Of a DNA stretch of 32,000 nt, positions 1 through 11,400 are shown piece by piece. Source of the DNA: Candidatus Jordarchaeales archaeon (lineage in GTDB: Archaea; Asgardarchaeota; Jordiarchaeia; Jordiarchaeales; Freyrarchaeaceae); contig JAWCFL010000004.1 of assembly GCA_038858525.1 (NCBI GenBank), positions 1 to 32,000 of the forward strand, given 5' to 3'. A model generated the notes under the pieces. That model worked only from the letters and a program-made list of their open reading frames with translations. It had not been told where the DNA came from and ran no database searches. The translations under genes were made by a program, and so were the position numbers. Each line of letters begins with the position of its first letter. Positions within the stretch are counted from its first letter, which is position 1.

Positions 1-147
1 ACATTTTTACCTCAAATGGCTCTGTCCTGTCTGGATCTTTTTAGGCAAAAAACCAAATTGAAAGCGGCTCCCCAATTTAGACTAACTTCTCACTTCGAGA
101 AAAATAAAAATCTGTAGTAGTAACTTATCTCTCTTAAAGGTGATGTC

Positions 148-1485
148 ATGATAAGGCTAGAGTACGACAAGGGCACTATTCTTATCTATGGCTTACAGGT
201 TCCGAATTCGAGATGGGATGACAGAGTAGGCGCTTACCGCTCATTAGCCATGTATTACAGGGACATTATCGAGTTCCTAAAAGCGTCAAACTTGGATTTT
301 ATCGACAACGTCTTAGACTTAGTTCCATGCCCGCTTCTCAACTTTAAAGCAGAACTAAAGGACTACCAAGAAGAAGCCGTAAATGCGTGGGTCAACGCCG
401 GCAAGCGCGGCGTCATAGTGATGCCAACAGGCTCCGGTAAGACGTTCGTCGCCATGAAAGCAATCTCCATAATCTCGGAAGCGACACTCGTTGTCGTTCC
501 AACACTCGACCTCATGGACCAGTGGGCTACAGCAGCATCAGACCTCCTCGACGTTGAAGTCGGCCTCTATGGGGGAGGAGAACATGCCCTTGGGCCTATA
601 ACTGTGGCAACCTACGATACAGCCTACCTGAGAGTCGAAGAGCTGGGAAACAAGTTTTCCTTCGTAGTCTTCGACGAAGCACACCACCTTCCATCACCCG
701 GGTACTCCCACATAGCTGAAATGCTAGTCGCCCCCTACAGGATGGGACTCACAGCAACACCGGAACGGTCAGACGGGCTACACGTCGAACTCAACCGCCT
801 CATAGGAGGAGTAAGATACGAAGTTCCCATAAGGGAGCTGGCCGGACGCCACCTCGCCGAATACGAAATAAAGCGCATCCTCGTCGATCTCACTCCTGAA
901 GAGAAAAGAGAGTACGAGGAAGCCTACAACGTGTACATGAACTACCTGAAGGAAAATAATTTCTCGATGAGCTCTCCAGAAGACTTCAGAAAGCTCATTC
1001 TCAGGAGTGGAAGAGACCCAAAAGCGAGAACCGCACTCCTAGCAAGACACAGGGCGAGAACGATATCCATAAATTCCTCATCCAAACTTGACGCGCTAGC
1101 AAAAATCCTCGAAAAGCACGCAAACGACAGGATCATAATCTTCACAGAGCACAATAGCCTAGTTTACAAGGTTAGCTCAGCCTTCCTGATACCTGCAATA
1201 ACCCATAAGACCCCAAAAAAAGAAAGGCGCGAAGTGCTGAAAAGGTTCAAGGAGGGCGTCTACCGCGCAGTGGTAACAAGCAAGGTTCTAGATGAAGGCG
1301 TAGACGTGCCCGAAGCTAACATCGGAGTAATCCTTGGAGGGAGCGGAAGTAAACGCGAATTCATCCAAAGACTCGGAAGACTTCTGAGGAAAAGAGAGGG
1401 AAAAAGGGCTATACTATACGAGGTCGTTTCAAAAACATCTGAAATAGCAATATCCAGAAGGAGACGTGAGGGAATAGAAGAATAA
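148..1485 (+). CDS. xpb: XPB/Rad25-family SF2 DNA repair helicase
   Basis: 445-aa ORF with Q-motif LKDYQEEA, Walker A MPTGSGKT, DEAH box, motif III GLTATPERSDG (RED-like loop), LDEGVDVP and QRLGRLLR. N-terminus MIRLEYDKGTIL is typical of archaeal XPB. SD-like AAGGTGA lies upstream. Confidence 0.9.
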   Translation: MIRLEYDKGTILIYGLQVPNSRWDDRVGAYRSLAMYYRDIIEFLKASNLDFIDNVLDLVPCPLLNFKAELKDYQEEAVNAWVNAGKRGVIVMPTGSGKTFVAMKAISIISEATLVVVPTLDLMDQWATAASDLLDVEVGLYGGGEHALGPITVATYDTAYLRVEELGNKFSFVVFDEAHHLPSPGYSHIAEMLVAPYRMGLTATPERSDGLHVELNRLIGGVRYEVPIRELAGRHLAEYEIKRILVDLTPEEKREYEEAYNVYMNYLKENNFSMSSPEDFRKLILRSGRDPKARTALLARHRARTISINSSSKLDALAKILEKHANDRIIIFTEHNSLVYKVSSAFLIPAITHKTPKKERREVLKRFKEGVYRAVVTSKVLDEGVDVPEANIGVILGGSGSKREFIQRLGRLLRKREGKRAILYEVVSKTSEIAISRRRREGIEE

Positions 1486-1585
1486 ACTAAGAAGCTTTGA
1501 ACGAACTAATATTCTGAGATTTTCCTGTAGCTGTAATGTTGCTAATAAGCAGCCAACCGACTACCTGTAATCGACAACCTCCCAC

Positions 1586-2362
1586 TTAGTTGCCTATTTT
1601 CTCCTTGGCTATCAGTGCAGCTCCTAGTGCGCCTACTATTTGCGGCTCATCCGGCACATATATTTTCTCTCCAAGCTTCTCCCCCAGAATATTAACTAAC
1701 CCCTTATTTTTAGCTACTCCACCACTCATCATGACAACCCCCTTAACTCCCAGCTTTCTTACCATTGATGCTAGCCGGTCTGCTATAGAATGACATAGTC
1801 CTGCGGCAATGTCTTCCTTTCTAGCTCCCTTAGCTATTAAAGAGATGACTTCAGACTCGGCGAAGACCGTACACATACTGGATATTCTCGCTGGGTTGCG
1901 CGAGCTGAGAGCGGCGTGCGCCATCTCTTCATAGCTCATCTCCAAAGTGGACGCCATAACGTCGAGGAACCTTCCCGTGCCAGCGGCACACCTGTCATTC
2001 ATATAGAAATCTACAACTTCTCCCTCACTACCTACCGCTATCACCTTACTATCCTGTCCCCCGACATCAATCACGATACGCACGTTTCTATCGATGAAAT
2101 AGGCTCCCTTAGCGTGACAGGTTATCTCAGATACCTTTACATTAGCGTAGGGCGCGTTCACCCGCCCATAACCTGTCGCCACAATGCAAGCTACATCGTC
2201 TAAGCTAATCCCAGCCCTTAAACAAAGTAGAGAGAGAATTTTTCTTCCTGCCTCTTGAGGATCCACTCCGGTTGGGCAAATTTCATAGATCATCACTCCA
2301 TCCGCAAGAAGCAAGGCTTTCATCGCTGTTGAGCCCATGTCAAGCCCAATGACGTAGCCCAT
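1586..2362 (-). CDS. ATP-dependent [4Fe-4S] activase/reductase (HgdC/BcrAD/BadFG ASKHA family), probable DCCP reductase
   Basis: Motifs GLDMGST, ATGYGR, EITCHAKG, IDVGGQDSK, MNDRCAAGTGRFL, SSMCTVFAESEVIS and GALGAAL, including the two cluster-ligating Cys. It lies directly downstream of a DCCP-like gene on the same strand. Confidence 0.9.
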   Translation of the reverse strand: MGYVIGLDMGSTAMKALLLADGVMIYEICPTGVDPQEAGRKILSLLCLRAGISLDDVACIVATGYGRVNAPYANVKVSEITCHAKGAYFIDRNVRIVIDVGGQDSKVIAVGSEGEVVDFYMNDRCAAGTGRFLDVMASTLEMSYEEMAHAALSSRNPARISSMCTVFAESEVISLIAKGARKEDIAAGLCHSIADRLASMVRKLGVKGVVMMSGGVAKNKGLVNILGEKLGEKIYVPDEPQIVGALGAALIAKEKIGN

Positions 2363-2408
2363 AATCTCACCTAAAGGAGAAGAATCAAAAACTTCTAATT
2401 TCCACCTA

Positions 2409-2425
2409 ATTCTGAATTTCAGAAT
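2409..2425. promoter_or_regulatory. Perfect 8-1-8 inverted repeat ATTCTGAA-T-TTCAGAAT, candidate transcription-factor site
   Basis: Read directly from the intergenic gap between the DCCP-like gene and its activase, 47 bp upstream of the activase start. Function is inferred only. Confidence 0.35.
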
Positions 2426-2480
2426 AGGAAAAATAAAATGGACGAGTAGCGTCGGTCTGAATGTGGTCTTATGTGGCCAG

Positions 2481-3764
2481 CTACTTTTTGATCATTTCGA
2501 TGAAGGCTTCCACCCTAGTGGTGAGCTGGCCCACATCCTCCTTGCTGTAATCCGTCTCTATGCTCATTGCAGGGATGCCTTCCTCCTTGAGAGCCCTGAT
2601 CACCTTGTTCGCCTCAACGCTGTACGGGTGACAACTGTGAAGGTTGTAGTGTATGACACCATCAGCATCAAACTCCTCGACCAGCTTCACCACGTCACTC
2701 ACCCTTTCATCGTTAGGCGTGAAGCAAGCACAGTGAACGTTGCTGTAAGCATCAGCTATCGCCTTGAGAAACTCATCCACGCTTTTAGCGTTCGTGTTAA
2801 CACTTCCAATGCTAAGATACCTTGAACCCGTACATGACTCCTCTGCAACCACTACCGCTCCACTGCTCTCGATAATATGGTGAAGCTTCCAATTCGGAAT
2901 AGCCATAGGACATCCGCTAATTATGATCCTTGGCGCATCCTCGTCTGCAACACCCTCCTTGTTCTTTATTCTCTCCTCAAGCTCCCTAACGAGTTCCCCT
3001 GTCTTTTCGACGAAACGCCGTGGATCATCATAAAAGCCTATTTGAGTTACAAGAATAGCATCCTTACCACTTATGGGCGAGGGACGAGCCTTCCTCGCCT
3101 CAAAAAGCTTCCTGAGGACGTTTCTCTTCTCATTCACGATGTTGACCGCATTCCTCAGCTTCTCAACGGTAACTTTGTTCCCAGTAAGCTCCTCAAGTTT
3201 AGCCTTAAGTAACTTAAGCTCTTCAAGCCAAAGCCTTCTAGCCTGCTCAGTGCTCGGCTTGTGAGGCATCTCAACAACGTAAGTCGGAGCATGCCTGCCG
3301 AGAAACTCATACATCTTCTTTTTCCCGTCACAAGTAGTTTCTCCAACGATAAGGTCACTTACGGCGAAGTAGGGACACAAGGCGGATATCTTGAATCCGT
3401 AAGACGACTTAATCAGCGGGCAGAGGTTTCTAGGCAAGTCCCTCTCTGCGTACTCTATCGTTGCATTCGCTCCACCACAGAGACCAACCTGCACTGCCCC
3501 CGCGGCGATCACGAGTTCCTCAGGGACGTAAAGGCAGAAAGTTGAGACTACCTTCCCGCCCTTTTTCCTGAAATCCACGAGCTCCTTCACCCTTAACCCA
3601 TGTATCTCTGAGACGACGAAGTCGTAATACCCCATCGACTTGGGCCTGTTTTTCTGGGAGAGATACATCTCTTGGTAAACCGGCAGTAATGAGGCTAAAA
3701 GCGCGTCATGTCTCTCCAAGTCCAATCCAAGCTCTCTCCACATCTCACGGTACCCATCAGACAA
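2481..3764 (-). CDS. Double-cubane [8Fe-9S] cluster protein (DCCP), 2-hydroxyacyl-CoA dehydratase superfamily
   Basis: 427 aa, TTG start after GTGAGG. The N-terminal extension (MWRELGLDLERHD..KNRPKSMGYYDFVVSEIHGLRVKEL) and Cys motifs FCLY, GLCGG, NLCPLIKS, ALCPYF, GETTCDGKKK, EESCTG, HCACFTPN and SCHPY match my recollection of Carboxydothermus DCCP along the full length. Confidence 0.85.
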   Translation of the reverse strand: MSDGYREMWRELGLDLERHDALLASLLPVYQEMYLSQKNRPKSMGYYDFVVSEIHGLRVKELVDFRKKGGKVVSTFCLYVPEELVIAAGAVQVGLCGGANATIEYAERDLPRNLCPLIKSSYGFKISALCPYFAVSDLIVGETTCDGKKKMYEFLGRHAPTYVVEMPHKPSTEQARRLWLEELKLLKAKLEELTGNKVTVEKLRNAVNIVNEKRNVLRKLFEARKARPSPISGKDAILVTQIGFYDDPRRFVEKTGELVRELEERIKNKEGVADEDAPRIIISGCPMAIPNWKLHHIIESSGAVVVAEESCTGSRYLSIGSVNTNAKSVDEFLKAIADAYSNVHCACFTPNDERVSDVVKLVEEFDADGVIHYNLHSCHPYSVEANKVIRALKEEGIPAMSIETDYSKEDVGQLTTRVEAFIEMIKK

Positions 3765-4128
3765 ACCTCACACCACCAAAAATCATCTGAAACCATCTCG
3801 ATAACGTCATTAATTTAAATTTTTTGGTATTTTTTATCAGAAAAAATAATAATTAAGTGGGTGAGCGCTGCAAACGAGTACAAGCTTAACGCATTACTCC
3901 TCACTCGTAGACTAAAACTAAACCCAACAATACTGAATCCTTAACCACCTCAGGGCCATCAACGAAAATTAAAGTCGGAGCACGTTCATACGCAGTAGTG
4001 GAGAATTGAGAATAGTCGGGTTGTTGAATTCCTTATACTAGTTTGGGAACGTTGTTTGGTAACTTACAATGGAAAATTGGAATATCGGGGGTTATGAGTG
4101 GTCTTAATTTAGCCTATTTGAGGCTAGG

Positions 4129-4143
4129 CGAAAAATTTATAAA
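4129..4143 (+). promoter_or_regulatory. BRE + TATA box of the cdc48-regulator operon
   Basis: CGAAAAA-TTTATAAA is a close match to the archaeal BRE/TATA consensus, about 195 bp upstream of the cdc48 start. Confidence 0.7.
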
Positions 4144-4160
4144 CCCTTTCTGTTAAAAGT

Positions 4161-4183
4161 TTTAGTAGATTACTAAATGTAAT
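4161..4183. promoter_or_regulatory. Candidate heat-shock repressor operator (two overlapping palindromes)
   Basis: TTTAGTA-gat-TACTAAA (4161-4177) overlaps ATTAC-taaat-GTAAT (4169-4183) at the expected transcription start. The AC-N5-GT core resembles recalled HSR1/Phr sites, and a Phr-like gene is in the same operon. Confidence 0.55.
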
Positions 4184-4207
4184 ATAGTTCAAGTAAATTT
4201 CGCTGGC

Positions 4208-4300
4208 TCTCATACTTCACCGCTAAGGAGGTGAGAGTATGGGGCTGGCTTGGCTGATGGGCGTGCCATGGATATAGCGCCATGGCCGTAACCCAACCCC
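4208..4300 (+). other. Structured 5' leader with two hairpins and a 12-codon uORF (4239-4277, MGLAWLMGVPWI)
   Basis: Hairpin 1: CATACT-TCACC (4211-4221) pairs with GGTGA-g-AGTATG (4230-4241), burying the 3' part of an AAGGAGGTGA SD and the ATG. Hairpin 2: GCCATGG (4265-4271) pairs with CCATGGC (4280-4286), with the uORF TAG in the loop. Confidence 0.45.
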
Positions 4301-4320
4301 AAAACATTTCTTGTTCATGA

Positions 4321-6531
<2,211 letters not shown>

Positions 6532-6563
6532 TCTTTTTTATCACAAGTTGGAGGGAGCTCCCT

Positions 6564-7235
6564 TTGCGTAAACCCATAGAAGTTGAAGACCTTTTTTACA
6601 TTCTTGGAAACCCAACAAGAAGGCTTCTCCTGAAGTTTTTATCCATGGGCCCCCATTACCCGTTCCAGTTGGCACGCCTACTGAACATCAGCCAGAAAGC
6701 GGTAATGGATCATTTGAAGGTGTTGGAGGAAAGGGGGCTCGTCGTTAAGCTTGGATGCGAAAAGTCCAGTGCAGGTCCAGAGAGAACGTATTATGGGCTT
6801 AACAGCTTTCTGATTGTTGATTTTTCTGTTGCTCCCTCCCTCTACGAGCTAAAGATTGTTGAGGCCAAGAGAGAAGAAAGAAAAAGTGAAGCTACTTCCA
6901 GCGTCCTCGAGGAGCTCACATCCAAGCTGAGAAGTCTCGTCAAGGAACTTGGAGATGTAGAGAAAGAGCTGAAAGAGCTGGAGAGACGAAGAGTAGAAGC
7001 TCTCGATGCTAAGCAGAGGATCAGCGTCAGGATAAGCGAGCTGATCAACCTTCTAGACTTAGACTACATTGAAAAGCTGATTCTAAGTTTACTCGTCATA
7101 AAGGGCGGGGCAAGATTAGAGGAGATCTCCGAAGAACTAGACTTGAGGGAGAAGCATGTTGAAAAATGTCTTGAGCGGCTGAAGGAGCGAGGCTTGATTG
7201 AAGAGCAAAACGGTTTTTATAGTGTTGTGAGCTAG
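6564..7235 (+). CDS. ArsR-type heat-shock transcriptional regulator (Phr/HSR1-like) with coiled coil and second C-terminal wHTH
   Basis: LGNPTRRLLLKFLSMGPHYPFQLARLLNISQKAVMDHLKVLEERGLV closely parallels recalled Pyrococcus Phr (LGNETRRRILFLL..GQKAVLEHLRILEEAGLI). It has a central coiled coil and follows cdc48 directly, as in known archaeal heat-shock operons. Confidence 0.8.
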   Translation: MRKPIEVEDLFYILGNPTRRLLLKFLSMGPHYPFQLARLLNISQKAVMDHLKVLEERGLVVKLGCEKSSAGPERTYYGLNSFLIVDFSVAPSLYELKIVEAKREERKSEATSSVLEELTSKLRSLVKELGDVEKELKELERRRVEALDAKQRISVRISELINLLDLDYIEKLILSLLVIKGGARLEEISEELDLREKHVEKCLERLKERGLIEEQNGFYSVVS

Positions 7236-7786
7236 CCGGGTAGCTTAAGGGGTATGCTCACTTTTGCCCTCAGTCTTAACTGCCTTTTGAGTGCCCCAAT
7301 ATCCTTTGAAAGCCCAAAGTACTCTGAAAAGTAGTCTGTTGTCCGGAGAACTCTTGTCGCCCCCTCGGGTTCAGACCTCACAAAGCCCTTTATCTCCAGC
7401 TCTCTAATGTGGCTGTAGGCTGCCTTACCAACGGCTTTAGCTATGACCGACTGCTTAACAGGCTGGAGGTAAGCGATAAGAGATAGAGTCTTCATGACCT
7501 CCTCAGATAAGACCGCATCGGGAGCCACTCTTTCCGCTATTGGGGCGAGCTCCTCCCTGAGCTCCATAACGTATCTTTCACCTGGAAGCTGCCTTATAGT
7601 AAATGCAGTTCCCTTTTCGTCGTATTCATGCTCGAGTAGCTCTAAGACCTTTTTGACTGCGCTCCTTGTTGCGCCAGTGCTCTCTGATATCTCATCCAAG
7701 GTCAGAGGTCTTCCTGCAATGTAAAGAACGGCTTCAACTTTCCGTCTAAGGTCAAGTTTCTTCTCTCCCGCCTCAACCTCCTCCAA
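7232..7786 (-). CDS. scpB: SMC-Scp complex subunit ScpB (kite)
   Basis: Motifs VEAVLYIAGRPLTL, LS..MKTLSLIAYLQPVKQSVI and YRTT-like VLRTTDYFSEYFGL. Third gene of the smc operon, overlapping scpA. Confidence 0.9.
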   Translation of the reverse strand: MEEVEAGEKKLDLRRKVEAVLYIAGRPLTLDEISESTGATRSAVKKVLELLEHEYDEKGTAFTIRQLPGERYVMELREELAPIAERVAPDAVLSEEVMKTLSLIAYLQPVKQSVIAKAVGKAAYSHIRELEIKGFVRSEPEGATRVLRTTDYFSEYFGLSKDIGALKRQLRLRAKVSIPLKLPG

Positions 7787-8438
7787 CTAGTACCACCTCT
7801 ATGTTTCCTCCCTCATCTTGTAGAATGTTTATCCTTCTGTGTGAGACAAGATGAAGGAGGCATAATAGTATGCGGGTTAGCTTGAGCCTAGCGGCCTCTA
7901 AAGTCATGCTTTTCCAGTTGTAGCTAAGAATCAGCCTCTTAAAACTCACAGCTCCTCCACCGTTAGAGAGCCTCCTGATGCGCGCATATACCTCCTCCAT
8001 TAATTCTTCAATTCTAACCTCCTCGCTATCAATTATTACATCGATCTCCCCCTGCGTCTCCCCCCTCTTTCTCCTCGAGCTCCTAAACGTTATACGCGAC
8101 ACCGCCTCATGAAAGGCTCTAACGAGCTCCTCTAAAGTTACAGGTCTCATGCCCCTTCTCAGAGCCGGCTCGATTTGGGGCGCCTCCTCCTCTTTCACCT
8201 CCTCCTTCTTGGGTTTTTTGGAGTTGAGGAAGGCCTCCACTCTCCTGCGGTGCAAGTATGACCCATTATAAACTATTATACCGCACATTCCAAGGTCAAG
8301 GAAGTCCCCATCCCTCACCCTCTCGGCAAACTGCTCTATGATGGGAACCAAATTTACCGATAAGGGGCTTCTAATCCATCTCTCTGGTGGGTCGAGCAGT
8401 AAGAGAAACGAGTCTTTAGCTTCCTGATGCTTCTTCAT
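7773..8438 (-). CDS. scpA: Kleisin subunit ScpA
   Basis: Lies between smc and scpB. Contains the archaeal ScpA-like RRGMRPVTLEELVRAF segment and a C-terminal winged helix (FKRLI..LLCLLHLVSHRRINILQD). Divergent. Confidence 0.75.
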   Translation of the reverse strand: MKKHQEAKDSFLLLLDPPERWIRSPLSVNLVPIIEQFAERVRDGDFLDLGMCGIIVYNGSYLHRRRVEAFLNSKKPKKEEVKEEEAPQIEPALRRGMRPVTLEELVRAFHEAVSRITFRSSRRKRGETQGEIDVIIDSEEVRIEELMEEVYARIRRLSNGGGAVSFKRLILSYNWKSMTLEAARLKLTRILLCLLHLVSHRRINILQDEGGNIEVVLVGGG

Positions 8439-8441
8439 TAC

Positions 8442-11400
8442 CTAACCCCCTCTTTCTTTCTCCTCCGTGTAGGGTAATACCTCCTGAAGGTTAACCCCCA
8501 CTATGCTCGACACTCCGTCGACACTGGTTACCCCATAAACCATGTCCGCCTCGCTGACCATGATGTCCTTCAGCGTGATCACTATGAACTGTGATTCCTT
8601 GGAAAGCTTCTTTATCAGTTTAGCCACCCTTTTCACGTTCTCCTTGTCTAAGAAAGCATCTATTTCGTCTAGAAGGTAGAACGGGGCAGGCTTATACCTG
8701 TAAAAGGCGAAGATGAACGCTATGGTGGTCAGCGACTTCTCTCCCCCAGACATCGCTTCTATGCTTTTTATCTCCTTCCCAGCGGGTTTGGCCTTTATAA
8801 CGACTCCCCCCTCAAAGGGATCCTCCTCGTTCTCCAAGACGAGCTTAGCCCACCCTCCAGGAGAGAGCTCCGAAAAGAATTCCCCAAAATACCTATTAAT
8901 ACTGTTGAACGCCTCCATGAACGCCTCTCTTTTCCGCCTACTTATCTCCTCTATAACCTCCTCTATCTTTCTTCTCTCCTCAATTAATTCCCGTATTTTT
9001 TCTTCGAAGCCCGAAATTTCTTCCAATGCCTTCTCGAACTGTTCCGGCGCCTTAAGATTAACAGGTTCAAGTTTCTTCCTTTCCTCAAAAAGGCGAGTCA
9101 TCTCCTTCTCAAGCTCCGCCGCGTCTACGTTCGGCAGAGGAACCTTGCCAATATCTAATTGAAGCTCCTCTATCTCCTTTTCGATCCCCCTTCTCTCTGC
9201 CTCCATCCTGCTTAACTCGCTTGCTACCTCTCCTTGCGCCGACAAAACCTCCTCAAAAACTTTAGTTAATGACCTAACTTTCTCGTCTATGCCCTTAAGC
9301 CTCACCCCTTCCGCATCAATCTCCCTCTGAAGCTCTCTCATTTCCTCCTCAAGCTCTTCTTTCGCCCTCCTCCTGTCCGCCAATAGTTTTTCAGCATCAG
9401 ATAATGATGCCTTAATGCTCCCCTGTCTCCTCAAAGCTTCTTCTATTTCTTTCTCGACATCGCTTAGCTCACTAACTATTCTTTCTTTCCCCAGCTTCTC
9501 TCTCCCCCCTTGAAGCCGCGCTAGGGCAACTTCAACCTTTCTGAGCTCCTCTCGAAGACCTGCAATCCTTTTCTCCTTTTCCATTAGCTTTTTCTCGAGC
9601 TCTGCGGCCTGAAGCAGAACATCCTCCTTCTCCACCTCCCTTCTAGCCGTAGTGATCCTTCTCGCCTCTTCCTCTACCTCCTTCAATTCAACGCTTAGCC
9701 TTTCCACTTCTTTTCTCTGCAGATCTCTCTTTACTTGAAAGTCATCAATAACACGCCTTACTTCATCAATGCCTCGCTTCAACTCCTCAAGCTCCTCTTT
9801 TAAAGAAGCAAACTTAGAGATTCCCTTCTCTCTTCTTCTTATGAGGGATTCCCTCTCCCTTTCAAGAACAGCTATCGCAGCGGCAGTTCTCTCAACGAGC
9901 CGCCTAAACCTCATAGTCCTCCTCTGCACTTTTTGCGCCTCACTACTTAAAGCAGAGAGGTCTGTGTCCTCTCTCAATTCTAACCCCTCGTAAACCACCA
10001 GCCCCCTCCTAGAGTACAATGTTCCATATTCAGTTATCACGTCAACCCCTTTTTCAAACCCCTCCCCCAATATAATGTCCCCTAGAAGGTAATCAAAAAC
10101 ATCCTTGAATTCGTCGCTCTTGATCATCCTCGCAAAAGACCTATCCTCCACAACGCAAGCTTTAACGGCTTCCCTTGGAAAAACCGTCGCCCTCACAAGC
10201 CCCATCTCTCGTATACAGTTTAAGGCTGCCTGAACATCACTCACTTTTTCAACTAAGATCGCCATGAAGATGCTTCTCAAGGGACCTGGAACATCGACGC
10301 TTTCACATAAATCCACTAGGAAGCCGTAAACATTCACACCTCTACTCCTCAGACAATCAACTATCTCTCTTCTCCTCTCAGGTGGAATAACCTGCTCCGC
10401 CTCTATCATCGCTTTTGCCTTAGCCTCCTCATTCCTTAGGCGTTCCATCATATCCCTTAATTCGTCAACTTTAAACTCCAATTTTTGCCTCTCTTGCAGT
10501 AAAATCGGGAGAATAAGAGAAACCCTGCCAAACATCTCCTCATATAACTTAATCTCGTTCTCGATTCTCAAAGCCTCACTCTCAACCCTCCCCTTTTCTT
10601 CCTCTAATAACGCCAGCTCCCGCCTCTTACCGTTCAGCCCAGCTTCTATGAGCGCTAGGGTGCTAAGCGCCTCGTTAAGCTTCTCTCTAGCATAACTTAT
10701 CCTCCTTTCCGCCTCCCTTTCCGCCTCCCTCAGCTCATTTATTCTCCTCCTGACTCTCTCACTCTTCTCCTCAACCATCTCTTTGTTATCTGTAATCGCT
10801 CTAAGAGCTTCCTCCTCCCTAGCTAACTCCTCCAAAAGCCTTTTCCTCTCAGCTTCGATCCTCATTACCTCTTCCTCTCTCATGTGTTCCTCTTTTTCAA
10901 TAGATTCAAGAAGAGCGTTCAGCCTCTCTTTCCTCATTCGTGCCTCCTTCAGCCTTTCCTCCCAATACTTTACCTCAGCTCTGAGCTCCGCTATCCGAGC
11001 ACTAACCTCCTGCTCCTCCGAAGCAAGCTTCTTCACATCCTCGGCCACTCTCCTTTTATCCTCTTCGAGGCCGGCTATCTTTGCTTCCACAGAATGCTTC
11101 GCATTAATCACTTCCTCTCTTTCCCTTGATATCTTCGCCCTCCTCTCCTCAATCATTATAAGCCTATCTCTAACTTCCTTAACTTTCTCATCGATTTTAG
11201 TGACCTTTACTTTTAGAAGCGCCGCCTTCAAATCCTTTATTCTTTGAGAAAGCTCAATCCACTTTTCTGCTTCCTCCTTCTCACGCCTCAGCCTCTCAAT
11301 GCGCTTCTGCGCCTCAGAGTATAACAATTCCAGCTGGGAAAACTTCCTTTTAGCCTCCTCAAGCTCTTTTTGAGCTTTCTCCCTTTTTTCCTCGAACTGG

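Noticed and set aside
1-13. Minus-strand GAGGT-AAAA-ATG at the left edge, a possible start of a divergent gene
   Set aside because: Only one codon lies inside the window, so it cannot be called.
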